A DNA stretch of 64,000 nt, taken from Pirellulales bacterium (GTDB lineage: Bacteria > Planctomycetota > Planctomycetia > Pirellulales > JAICIG01). Of the stretch, positions 26,248 to 33,943 are shown in pieces (position 1 is the first letter of the stretch; every line of letters begins with the position of its first letter). Made by a program: the position numbers and the translations under genes. The notes below the pieces were generated by a model that made no database searches, had not been told where the DNA came from, and saw nothing but the letters and a program-made list of their open reading frames with translations. The DNA lies in the NCBI GenBank assembly GCA_035533075.1, contig DATLUO010000045.1, positions 161 to 64,160 on the forward strand, written 5' to 3'.

Positions 26248-26401
26248 GGTGGCTGGGGCAGAGCCTGGCCAAGTGGAGGCTGGCACTTCGTTCATCTCGG
26301 CGGCCAGGCGATGCCCCGGTTGGACGCACCGGGGCATCGCTTGGCCGCCACGCGATTGAAGGGCGCCAGCCGCTATCCGGCCAAGCTCTGCCCCAGCCAC
26401 C
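26248..26401. repeat. family-B nested-palindrome element, copy B2 (154 nt)
   Basis: Same 23-bp termini as B1 (one G/A difference in the left arm, GAGCCTGGCC) and a central GGCGGCCAGGCGATGCCCCGGT...ACCGGGGCATCGCTTGGCCGCC hairpin. Lies between the FHA gene stop and the next gene's start. Confidence 0.85.
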
Positions 26402-26464
26402 GCTTTTCGTCGCAGCAAAACGTTTTATTCTTGCCCGCGTCAAGTATAAGTCCCCGCGCCCTCT

Positions 26465-27529
26465 TTAGTTTTTCTTTCTGGGCGGTGGTGGCGGCGGAAT
26501 ACTGCCCGGCGATGCAGGCCGGTTGCCGGCGGCGGGTTTCGGCGCCGTCGCCGTGGTCGGCTGCGGTGCTTTGCTCTTCGCGGCCGCGGGCGCCGCTTTA
26601 TGCACCGGCGGCGGAGGCGGCGCGGCTTTGACCTGTCCTTGAAAAGCGGTGGTGAGCGGCTCTTGCCCTTGCTTGCGGTGCCGCTCGTTGAAACGCACGA
26701 AGTTGGTGCCAAACTTGATCACGTCGCCGTCTTTCAGCGGCGTCGCGCCGGTCAGCGGTTGGTTGTTGAGCCGCGTGCCGAGCTGCGAGTGGTTGTCTTC
26801 GACGACGAACGTGCCATTCGGCTGCCGTGCAATGCGGACGTGTTCCGATTCGAGGCCGGCGTTCATCGGACCCAAGAAGGGAAGCGGCAAGTGGTCGCCG
26901 CGACCCAAGAAGTTGACCGGTCGGCTGAGAATCACTTGCCGTCCTGGCCGGTAACCGTCGAGCACCGTGAGCCAGGCGTCTTTGAAGACGACCTGCACCA
27001 GTCCGATCAGCGCGCCGATGGCGATGCCCAGAATCACGAAGGCGATGGCCCGGCTCGACATGCCGGAGCCGTGGGCGACCCAGCGTTGCAGCGGATCGAA
27101 CAACAGTCCGCCCAGCAGCCCGCCCAGGGCGCCGCCGATCAGGCCGTTGCGCAACTTGCTGGCGGACCGCTCATAAAGTCCCTCGACGATGCCGATGCCG
27201 ATGCCGACGATCATCCAGCCCGGTGCCCGACCCAGAAAGGGATACAACAAGTCGCCGACAAAGCTGCCCACGGCGCCGCCGAAACCGCCGGCCACGACGC
27301 CCGGCAAGGCGCGCAGGGCGATTTGCGATAAGCGGCCATTGGCCATCCCGGCGACCACACTGAGGGCGAAGCCGATCGCGGCGCCGACCAATGCCCCGAT
27401 GGCCGCGACCTGCGCCGGTCCGCCGGCCTCGCCCGACTGAAAGAACAGGATTTCTGCCACCAGCCAGCCGACAAAGGCCCCCCATCCGCCAGCCAAGGCA
27501 CTGTAATAGACAACGCGGACAAACGACAT
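26465..27529 (-). CDS. FHA-domain membrane protein (Gly-zipper TM region, FHA, Pro-rich tail)
   Basis: 354-aa ORF. The N-terminal half is Gly/Ala-rich with multiple TM segments. FLGRGDHLPLP...SEHVRIARQPNGTFVVEDNHSQLGTRLNNQPL...LKDGDVIKFG is a canonical FHA pattern. The tail is PPPPPVHKAAP...PPPPPPRKKN. Confidence 0.85.
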   Translation of the reverse strand: MSFVRVVYYSALAGGWGAFVGWLVAEILFFQSGEAGGPAQVAAIGALVGAAIGFALSVVAGMANGRLSQIALRALPGVVAGGFGGAVGSFVGDLLYPFLGRAPGWMIVGIGIGIVEGLYERSASKLRNGLIGGALGGLLGGLLFDPLQRWVAHGSGMSSRAIAFVILGIAIGALIGLVQVVFKDAWLTVLDGYRPGRQVILSRPVNFLGRGDHLPLPFLGPMNAGLESEHVRIARQPNGTFVVEDNHSQLGTRLNNQPLTGATPLKDGDVIKFGTNFVRFNERHRKQGQEPLTTAFQGQVKAAPPPPPVHKAAPAAAKSKAPQPTTATAPKPAAGNRPASPGSIPPPPPPRKKN

Positions 27530-27595
27530 GGGTTCCTCGGATCAAACGTTGGCTGGCGAGTTGCGGCCTTTCCCAATCCGTGTACCTATCATACG

Positions 27596-27760
27596 CGGAA
27601 AACGCTGACCGGCAACAAAGGCAAATACGTGGGCATCATTCTGGGAATCGCTTTCGCGTCGCTCTTGATCGCGCAGCAAAGCTCCATCTTTTGCGGCCTG
27701 ATGCTGCTCACCACCAGCCAGATCAAAGACCTGCAAGGGGCCGACATTTGGGTGATGGAC
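27596..27760 (+). pseudogene. 5' fragment of a DevC/MacB-type (FtsX-like) ABC permease
   Basis: RKTLTGNKGKYVGIILGIAFASLLIAQQSSIFCGLMLLTTSQIKDLQGADIWVMD resembles the first TM and start of the periplasmic loop of DevC-like permeases. There is no plausible start codon and no remaining gene body, and the frame runs into the convergent permease gene. Confidence 0.4.
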
Positions 27761-27791
27761 CGCGTGCGCGTGGAACCGTCAGGGGCCAGGG

Positions 27792-29498
27792 TTACGACCG
27801 CTCGTGCCGCGCCAGCCAGAGTCCGCCGAGCAAAACGACCGTCGCCATCGCGAAGTACGAGGCGGCCATGACCATCGGTGTTTGAACGGCGGGCGACGGC
27901 AAAGAGTCCAGCGGCAGGCTCCAGGGCAATGCCAGGGGACTGCCCGGCAGCGGCGAATGGATGACGCCGAACAAGCTGCACGCCGCCGCCGACAACAGGA
28001 ACGCGGCGGCCGACCAATAGCGGCGGTCGATGAGCATCGCCAGCGTCGATGCCCAAAACAGGCTGGTGATCACAAAGCCGTTCGAGAGCGTGCGCAGCGT
28101 TTGCAGCGCCTCGGCCAGCGAAGCGGTGCCCGGCGATTGGGCCAGTGAGACAAGCGAGTGCCCCGTCGCACCCAGGATTTGGTCCGCAAAAATCATCACC
28201 AGCGAGGCCAAAGCCGGCAGGCAGGCAAAGGCCAAGGCCGGATAGTGCCGCTGCGGCGTGGCGCGAAAGCTTTGCGATGCGATCTCCAGGCCGACAAAAA
28301 CCAGAATCGGGAAGACAACCGCCTTGGGAATGAAAACGTAGAGATACCCGAAGTAGCCGAGCAGCCCGGCACTGCCCACGACGAGGGCGGTGGCCAGCGT
28401 GTAGCCGGCACGGGCACCCATCGCTTTGTAGGCCGGGTGCCCGATGTAAGGCGTCGTCTGGATCACACCGCCACAAAACGCGGCCGCCAAGGTGGCGACC
28501 GCCTCGACGGCGATCACGCCCGACGTGTCGTACTCGTCGCCCGCCGCGGCCGCGCTTTCGGTGCAGTCGATTCCGCCCACCACGGTCGCCAACGCAAACG
28601 GGAGAACCACCGGCAGATAGGCAAGCGAGTCGTTCCAGGCCGACATCCAGTGACCGCGAAAAGCCGACAGCCACTCGGTCGGCCAGAGAGCGTCGGCCGG
28701 GCGGATGGCGAGCGGACCGGCCGGGGTCAGGCCCGCCGCACGCATGGCATAGAAGACGACTCCGCCGACCAGTAAAGCCAGCAAGGCGCCGGGGAGATGG
28801 GCGGGCAAGGCCAAACGGGCCACCAGCGTCATCAAAATGATGCCCAAGGAGACGAAGCCGGCCACGGGATGCTGCATCACTTCAATGAAGGGAAGAAAGC
28901 TGATCAGGACCAAGGCGATGGCGGCCAACGATCCCAACAGCCCGGCACGAGGCACCACGCGGCGTATCCAGCCGGAGACGGGGGCGGCTGCCAATTTGAA
29001 CAGTCCGCTGGCCAGCAACGTGCAAATCCCGATGTGCCAGGCGTTTTGGGCGGCGGCCAGTTCATCCACACCACGCTCGCGGGCAGTTTGGAAGGCCGGG
29101 CCGAGCACAAAGAACACCATGCCCAGCGTGCTGGGGGTGTCGATTCCTAAAGGCATGGCGGTCAAGGTCTTATTGCCGCTGAGGCGGGCCAGACGGACCG
29201 CCATCCAAGTGAAGATGAGGTCGCCCACAAGCACGCCGACCGCCGTGCCGGGCAACATCGTGCGGAGGGCAAAGGTTGCAGGAAATTTGTAAGTTGCGGA
29301 AAGCAGTCCCACGCAGAGCAAGAGGTTGGCGACGTTATCCAACATCAAGCCGAAAAAGGCGTTAACGTCGCCAGACACGAACGGACGGTAGCGGTTCAAC
29401 AGCGCGTTTCCTATCGAGGCACGCCCTTTGCAAAAGGGGTGGCGTGAGTCTAGGACGCCCAACTGCCGCCTGTCAAATTGGCACCTCAAAGCGAACAT
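27792..29498 (-). CDS. polytopic permease, NCS2/AzgA-like (xanthine/uracil/vitamin C permease superfamily)
   Basis: Start moved to MFALRC (ATG 29498), because the upstream 25 codons are the tandem repeat. At least 12 hydrophobic segments. DVNAFFGLMLDNVANLLL and TAMPLGIDTPS resemble this transporter family. Family call is tentative. Confidence 0.65.
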   Translation of the reverse strand: MFALRCQFDRRQLGVLDSRHPFCKGRASIGNALLNRYRPFVSGDVNAFFGLMLDNVANLLLCVGLLSATYKFPATFALRTMLPGTAVGVLVGDLIFTWMAVRLARLSGNKTLTAMPLGIDTPSTLGMVFFVLGPAFQTARERGVDELAAAQNAWHIGICTLLASGLFKLAAAPVSGWIRRVVPRAGLLGSLAAIALVLISFLPFIEVMQHPVAGFVSLGIILMTLVARLALPAHLPGALLALLVGGVVFYAMRAAGLTPAGPLAIRPADALWPTEWLSAFRGHWMSAWNDSLAYLPVVLPFALATVVGGIDCTESAAAAGDEYDTSGVIAVEAVATLAAAFCGGVIQTTPYIGHPAYKAMGARAGYTLATALVVGSAGLLGYFGYLYVFIPKAVVFPILVFVGLEIASQSFRATPQRHYPALAFACLPALASLVMIFADQILGATGHSLVSLAQSPGTASLAEALQTLRTLSNGFVITSLFWASTLAMLIDRRYWSAAAFLLSAAACSLFGVIHSPLPGSPLALPWSLPLDSLPSPAVQTPMVMAASYFAMATVVLLGGLWLARHERS

Positions 29499-29500
29499 CA

Positions 29501-29560
29501 AGGAGGATGGCCTTCCCAGGCCGTCAAAAAAGGAGGATGGCCTTCCCAGGCCGTCCAAAA
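29501..29560. repeat. perfect-but-one tandem duplication of a 30-nt unit
   Basis: AGGAGGATGGCCTTCCCAGGCCGTC(A/C)AAAA occurs twice, immediately upstream of the permease ATG. Each unit contains a GGCCT-TCCC-AGGCC mini-hairpin. Confidence 0.8.
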
Positions 29561-29685
29561 CCATGTGGGGCATGTCAGCCCTTGCCCCCGTGGCGGCAAG
29601 ATGGGGAACGGTTTCGGTAACTAATCAAGGAAGCGGCTCTCTGGATCTCCGGGCAAAAGTCGGCAATAATTCTTGCCGGCCCGGT

Positions 29686-29712
29686 CGAACTTGTGAGCCG
29701 ACGGGTGCGTAA
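29686..29712 (+). promoter_or_regulatory. candidate ECF-type promoter (GAAC -35 / CGTAA -10)
   Basis: TCGAACTT-15 nt-CGTAAC ends 6 nt before the sigma-factor ATG, which would imply a near-leaderless transcript. This is a motif resemblance only. Confidence 0.2.
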
Positions 29713-29718
29713 CGAATC

Positions 29719-30381
29719 ATGAGCTACACCATCGAACGGACACGAACCAATCAGCGAGCCAACTATGTGGTAAGCCGCACCTGGTCGGAAATGACCGACG
29801 AGGAACTTCTGTCGGCTTATCGCGAGTCGGCAGCCAAGCTGGCGTTTGCCGAGTTGGTGCAACGTTATGAGCGGGAGTTGTACAACTACTTGCGGCGCTA
29901 TTTGGGCGACCCCGTGATGGCCGAAGACGCCTTCCAGGGCACGTTTTTGCAACTGCACCTGAAATGCGACCAGTTCGAGCCGGACAAAAAAGTGCGGCCT
30001 TGGCTCTACATGATCGCCACCAACCAGGCGATCGACGCCCAACGCCGCAACAAGCGGCACCGGCTGGTGAGCCTCGACCGGCGCTGCTCGGCTGACGATG
30101 AAGAAATAGGGACGCTGGTCGATTTGCTGGTCAGCAAAGAGGTCGGCCCGGCGGACCAAATGGAGAGCGATGAGCGGCGGGCGTGGGTGCGCAAGGCGGT
30201 CAGCGAGTTGCCGCCGACGCTGCTCAGCGCCGTGACGTTGATCTACTATCAGGGGCTGAAGTACCGTGAAGCGGCCGAGATACTGGATGTTCCGGTCGGC
30301 ACGGTCAAGAGCCGCTTGCACGCGGCCATTTTGAAGTTGCACGAGGCGTGGAACCACGCACAACCGTCCGGAGAGAACTAG
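29719..30381 (+). CDS. ECF-type RNA polymerase sigma-70 family factor
   Basis: 220-aa ORF. Region 2 reads FAELVQRYERELYNYLRRYLGD...AEDAFQGTFLQLH...PWLYMIATNQAIDAQRR. Region 4 reads YYQGLKYREAAEILDVPVGTVKSRLHAA. Confidence 0.9.
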   Translation: MSYTIERTRTNQRANYVVSRTWSEMTDEELLSAYRESAAKLAFAELVQRYERELYNYLRRYLGDPVMAEDAFQGTFLQLHLKCDQFEPDKKVRPWLYMIATNQAIDAQRRNKRHRLVSLDRRCSADDEEIGTLVDLLVSKEVGPADQMESDERRAWVRKAVSELPPTLLSAVTLIYYQGLKYREAAEILDVPVGTVKSRLHAAILKLHEAWNHAQPSGEN

Positions 30382-30384
30382 CCC

Positions 30385-31341
30385 ATGCGTGACCAACTGC
30401 TCGGCTACCTGCTGGGAGCACTTGAGCCGGCGGAGCAAGATGAGGTCGAGGCCCGGCTTTTTACCGATGTCGAACTGCAGCACGATCTGGCCGAGCTGCG
30501 ACGGAAACTGGTGTTGCTTGACGACGGCGACGAATTTGAGCCGCCCGGCGGACTGGCCGCGCGGACTTGCAACTATGTCGCGGCCCGAGCGCCGGCGGCC
30601 AAGAACACCGCCCTGCCGGCCCCGGTGGGCGGCTGGCGCGTGCAAGACATGATCGTGGGCGGCGGCATTTTTCTGGCCGCCTGCCTGCTGATGTTCCCGG
30701 CCATCGCCAATAGCCTTTCGCACGCCCGCATCACCGCCTGCCAAAACAACCTGCGGGCCATCGGCGTGGCGATGGGGCAATACAGCGATTTCAACGGCGG
30801 CTTCTTTCCGTTGGTGCCCGAACAAGGCCCGTTGGCCGTGGCCGGAAGCTATGGTCCGACACTGGCGGAACTGAAGCTCATCGAAGGGCCGAACGTGCTT
30901 GTCTGTCCCGCCGCTCGGCAGGCCGATGACGTCCGTCCCTTCACCGTGCCGACGATGGTTCAGGTTATGAACGCACCCGCCGCCGACTTGCCGCGGCTAC
31001 AGGCCCAAATGGGCGGCAGCTACGGCTATACGTTCGGTTACATCGAGCATGGCCGCTACCGCGGGCACCGCAATCACGGACGCTCGAACTTCGCTTTGAT
31101 GGCCGACGCACCGGGCGAAGCGTCCGGCGGCCGAAGCGCCAATCACGGCGGAGCGGGCCAGAACGTGCTCTTCGAAGACTTGCACGTGGTGTTTCTCGAT
31201 CATTGCCAGCTTTCGGGCTGCGGTGACCATATTTACATCAACGGCCACGGCTACGTCGGCGCGGGCATTGGCCCCGACGACGCGGTGATCGGCCGCAGCT
31301 CGGCCCGGCCGGTCACGTTCCAACTTGTTCCCGCCGAGTAG
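30385..31341 (+). CDS. anti-sigma-like N-terminus fused through one TM to a DUF1559-like periplasmic domain
   Basis: 318-aa ORF starting 4 nt after the sigma stop. LLGYLLGALEPAEQDEVEARL is an anti-sigma-type N-terminus; TM segment IVGGGIFLAACLLMFPAI. ITACQNNLRAIGVAMGQY and NHGGAGQNVLFEDLHVVFL show DUF1559 H-X9-(E/D)(D/G) spacing. Confidence 0.75.
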   Translation: MRDQLLGYLLGALEPAEQDEVEARLFTDVELQHDLAELRRKLVLLDDGDEFEPPGGLAARTCNYVAARAPAAKNTALPAPVGGWRVQDMIVGGGIFLAACLLMFPAIANSLSHARITACQNNLRAIGVAMGQYSDFNGGFFPLVPEQGPLAVAGSYGPTLAELKLIEGPNVLVCPAARQADDVRPFTVPTMVQVMNAPAADLPRLQAQMGGSYGYTFGYIEHGRYRGHRNHGRSNFALMADAPGEASGGRSANHGGAGQNVLFEDLHVVFLDHCQLSGCGDHIYINGHGYVGAGIGPDDAVIGRSSARPVTFQLVPAE

Positions 31342-31347
31342 ATCGTT

Positions 31348-32694
31348 ATGCCCAACGATCTACCCACGCTGCTCGCGGCCGCGGCCGACATTCGTTCCGG
31401 CCGCTTGAGGCCCGTGGACCTCGTGGAACGATGCCTTGCGCAGATCGACGCGCACGAGACTCGCATTCGCGCCTGGGTGATGGTCGATGCCGAGGGTGCC
31501 CGCGATGCGGCACGCCGGGCCGGCGACGAAATCGCGCGCGGCGAGTACCGCGGTCGACTGCACGGCATCCCGATCGGCATCAAGGACATCGTCGACGTGG
31601 CCGGCTGGCCGACGCTGGCCGGTTCTTCTTTGCATGCCGGCCACCGTGCCCAGCGCGACGCCACGGTGGTGGCCCGGCTGCGAAATGCCGGCGCGGTTCT
31701 TCTCGGCAAGACGGTGACCACCGAATTCGCCAGCTTCGATCCGCCGGTGACGCGCAATCCGTGGAACGTCGCGCGCACGCCCGGCGGATCGAGCAGTGGT
31801 TCGGCCGCTGCGGTGGCGCTGGGCATGTGTCTAGGAGCGATCGGTTCGCAGACGGGCGGCTCGATTACCCGGCCGGCCAGCTATTGCGGCGTGGCGGGCT
31901 GCAAGCCGACGTTCGGCCGAGTCAGCAGCCAGGGAGTCGTGCCGCTCAGCCGGCACATGGACCACGTCGGTCCCATCGCGCGTTCGGTCGGCGACTTGGC
32001 GGCGATCTTGGAAGTGATCGCCGGCTACGACCCGCTCGATGCCACCACTGTCGATGTGCCCGTCGATCATTATGTGGACCGCTGCCGGGATGCGGCCGCT
32101 CCGCGTCTGGGACTGGTGGACGACGCCTACTTTTCCGACGGGCTGCCGCGCTCGGTTGCGGCCGCGCTGGCGGAATCGACTCGACGCTTCGAGCAGTCGG
32201 GTGCGATGACCGGCATGGTGAAGCTGCCCGGCAGTTTTGCCCAAGTGACCGCCTTGCACCGGCGGATGATGGGCGTGGAAGCGGCCGAATACCATCAGCC
32301 GATGTTCGAGAAGCACCGCGATCGATACGGGCCAAACATTGCTTCGCTGATCGAGGAAGGACCGCGGGTTACGGCAATCGCCTACGCCGCGGCGCTGGTT
32401 CATCGCCGGCAATTACAGCGCGACTTGCTGACGTCGTTTGCTGACTACGATGCGCTCGTCACGCCCGCCACGACCTCGACCGCGCCCGGCATCGAGACGA
32501 CCGGCGACCCCAAGTTCAATTCTCCCTGGAGCTACGTCGGTTATCCGACGGTGTCCTTTCCCTGCGGCCTGGCCGACGATGGGCTGCCGCTGGCGGTGCA
32601 GATCGTCGGCCGTCCCTTCGAAGAGGCCCGACTCCTCTCCGCGGCCGCCTGGTGCGAGCGTACGCTGAACTTCGAACAGCGGCCCGCCGTGTAG
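31348..32694 (+). CDS. amidase-signature family amidase (GatA-like)
   Basis: 448-aa ORF. GIPIGIKDIVDVAGWPT, the GGSSSGSAAAVA signature and QTGGSITRPASYCGV. Confidence 0.9.
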   Translation: MPNDLPTLLAAAADIRSGRLRPVDLVERCLAQIDAHETRIRAWVMVDAEGARDAARRAGDEIARGEYRGRLHGIPIGIKDIVDVAGWPTLAGSSLHAGHRAQRDATVVARLRNAGAVLLGKTVTTEFASFDPPVTRNPWNVARTPGGSSSGSAAAVALGMCLGAIGSQTGGSITRPASYCGVAGCKPTFGRVSSQGVVPLSRHMDHVGPIARSVGDLAAILEVIAGYDPLDATTVDVPVDHYVDRCRDAAAPRLGLVDDAYFSDGLPRSVAAALAESTRRFEQSGAMTGMVKLPGSFAQVTALHRRMMGVEAAEYHQPMFEKHRDRYGPNIASLIEEGPRVTAIAYAAALVHRRQLQRDLLTSFADYDALVTPATTSTAPGIETTGDPKFNSPWSYVGYPTVSFPCGLADDGLPLAVQIVGRPFEEARLLSAAAWCERTLNFEQRPAV

Positions 32695-32746
32695 CGGTGG
32701 CGTTATCCACCGGCCCACACAAACGCGGGCCGATGAATCATCCGCC

Positions 32747-33931
32747 TTAGTGATTCCAACTCCATTGCAACGTGATGCCTTGGTTGTCGAACTGCGTGTA
32801 CTTTGGTTGCAGGAAAGGCCCAAAGGACACGTTGGAGTTCGTTCCGAATTGATACCAGAACTGGCCAATATATCCCACGTAAAGACGGCTGTTGGCCCAG
32901 CGCGGAGGCTGCCAACTCACGCCGATTTGCGCGGTCAGCACCGGAACGTACTGCAGGAAGTGGGTCACCGTGTCGCCGCTGTCGAAGCCCGTGGGAGTCA
33001 CGGTGGTCGTCGCCGCGAACGCCTCTTGCCGGACGCGCGTGAACATCTCCGCCACGTCGACCTGATTGACCCAGGTCAGCCCTTGCCGTGCGAAACGGCG
33101 ATCGACCTCGACGCCGAAGTGCGGGCCGAAGGCGGTGGTACGGTTGGTTTCGCGCTGGGCGAAAACGCGGCTGCCCGCCGCCGCCTGGGCGAGCGACTCG
33201 TCGACTCGCGTGCCGAGAAACGTCTGGGCCGCCCTTAAGCCGCCGCGGAACTTCAGGCCCCAGCCGGGATTGGGGGTCAGCTCGCGGCTGGCATAGTCGA
33301 TGTCGGTGTAGTTGACCATGAATTCGGTGTGCCGCGCGGCCGGGCCGTCGGGGCCCAGGAACGTATCGCTGCCCATCGCGTTGAAGTACCGGTCGGAAAT
33401 GGAGATCTCGCCGAAACCGGAAGGGAGCCGATAGCCGACTTCCAGGCGCGGCGCCGCCGTCCAATTGAGGCGTGCCGGGCTGAGCTGCACAACGCCCGTG
33501 GTGCCAAGACCAGTCGTGATCGGCACCGAGAAATTGACGTGCGTCTTGATGACGCTGACCTCCGCGTCGGCAAACCAGCCGGAGCGCGGCCAGTCGACGG
33601 GATCGAGCAAGGGGTCGCGCTCGAAATAGGGGTGTTCCCAGTCGGGCGCCGGCGGACCCGGGGGCGGCGCCGGTTGGAAGAGTGAGGCCGGCTGATCGGG
33701 CAGCTCGGGCAGCGACTGCAAAATCCGGGGCTGCTCGAAGTTCGGCGAGGGAGGAGCGATCTCTTCACTCATGGGCTCCGCGATGAAACGGCGCGCCTGC
33801 GATGACCTTGCGATCGGGCGCATGCGCGCCCGGCCCGGCAGCGGCGCCTGCGCCAAGGCGGGTGCCGCCGGCCAGACAAGCGCCGCGGCCAGCAGCACCA
33901 ACGTCCATCGTTGTCTAGCCATTCGCGCCAT
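32747..33931 (-). CDS. secreted outer-membrane beta-barrel candidate (BBP7-like)
   Basis: 394-aa ORF. Signal peptide LVLLAAALVWPAAPALAQA, alternating amphipathic strands, and an aromatic-rich C-terminus ...GITLQWSWNH. The BBP7 assignment is from memory of the family pattern. Confidence 0.55.
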   Translation of the reverse strand: MARMARQRWTLVLLAAALVWPAAPALAQAPLPGRARMRPIARSSQARRFIAEPMSEEIAPPSPNFEQPRILQSLPELPDQPASLFQPAPPPGPPAPDWEHPYFERDPLLDPVDWPRSGWFADAEVSVIKTHVNFSVPITTGLGTTGVVQLSPARLNWTAAPRLEVGYRLPSGFGEISISDRYFNAMGSDTFLGPDGPAARHTEFMVNYTDIDYASRELTPNPGWGLKFRGGLRAAQTFLGTRVDESLAQAAAGSRVFAQRETNRTTAFGPHFGVEVDRRFARQGLTWVNQVDVAEMFTRVRQEAFAATTTVTPTGFDSGDTVTHFLQYVPVLTAQIGVSWQPPRWANSRLYVGYIGQFWYQFGTNSNVSFGPFLQPKYTQFDNQGITLQWSWNH

Positions 33932-33943
33932 GAAAATCGTCCT

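Noticed and set aside
29428-29712. 94-aa plus-strand ORF preceded by AGGAGG
   Set aside because: The AGGAGG strings belong to the 30-nt tandem repeat. The ORF translates the repeat (KEDGLPRPSK twice) and has no protein-like remainder.
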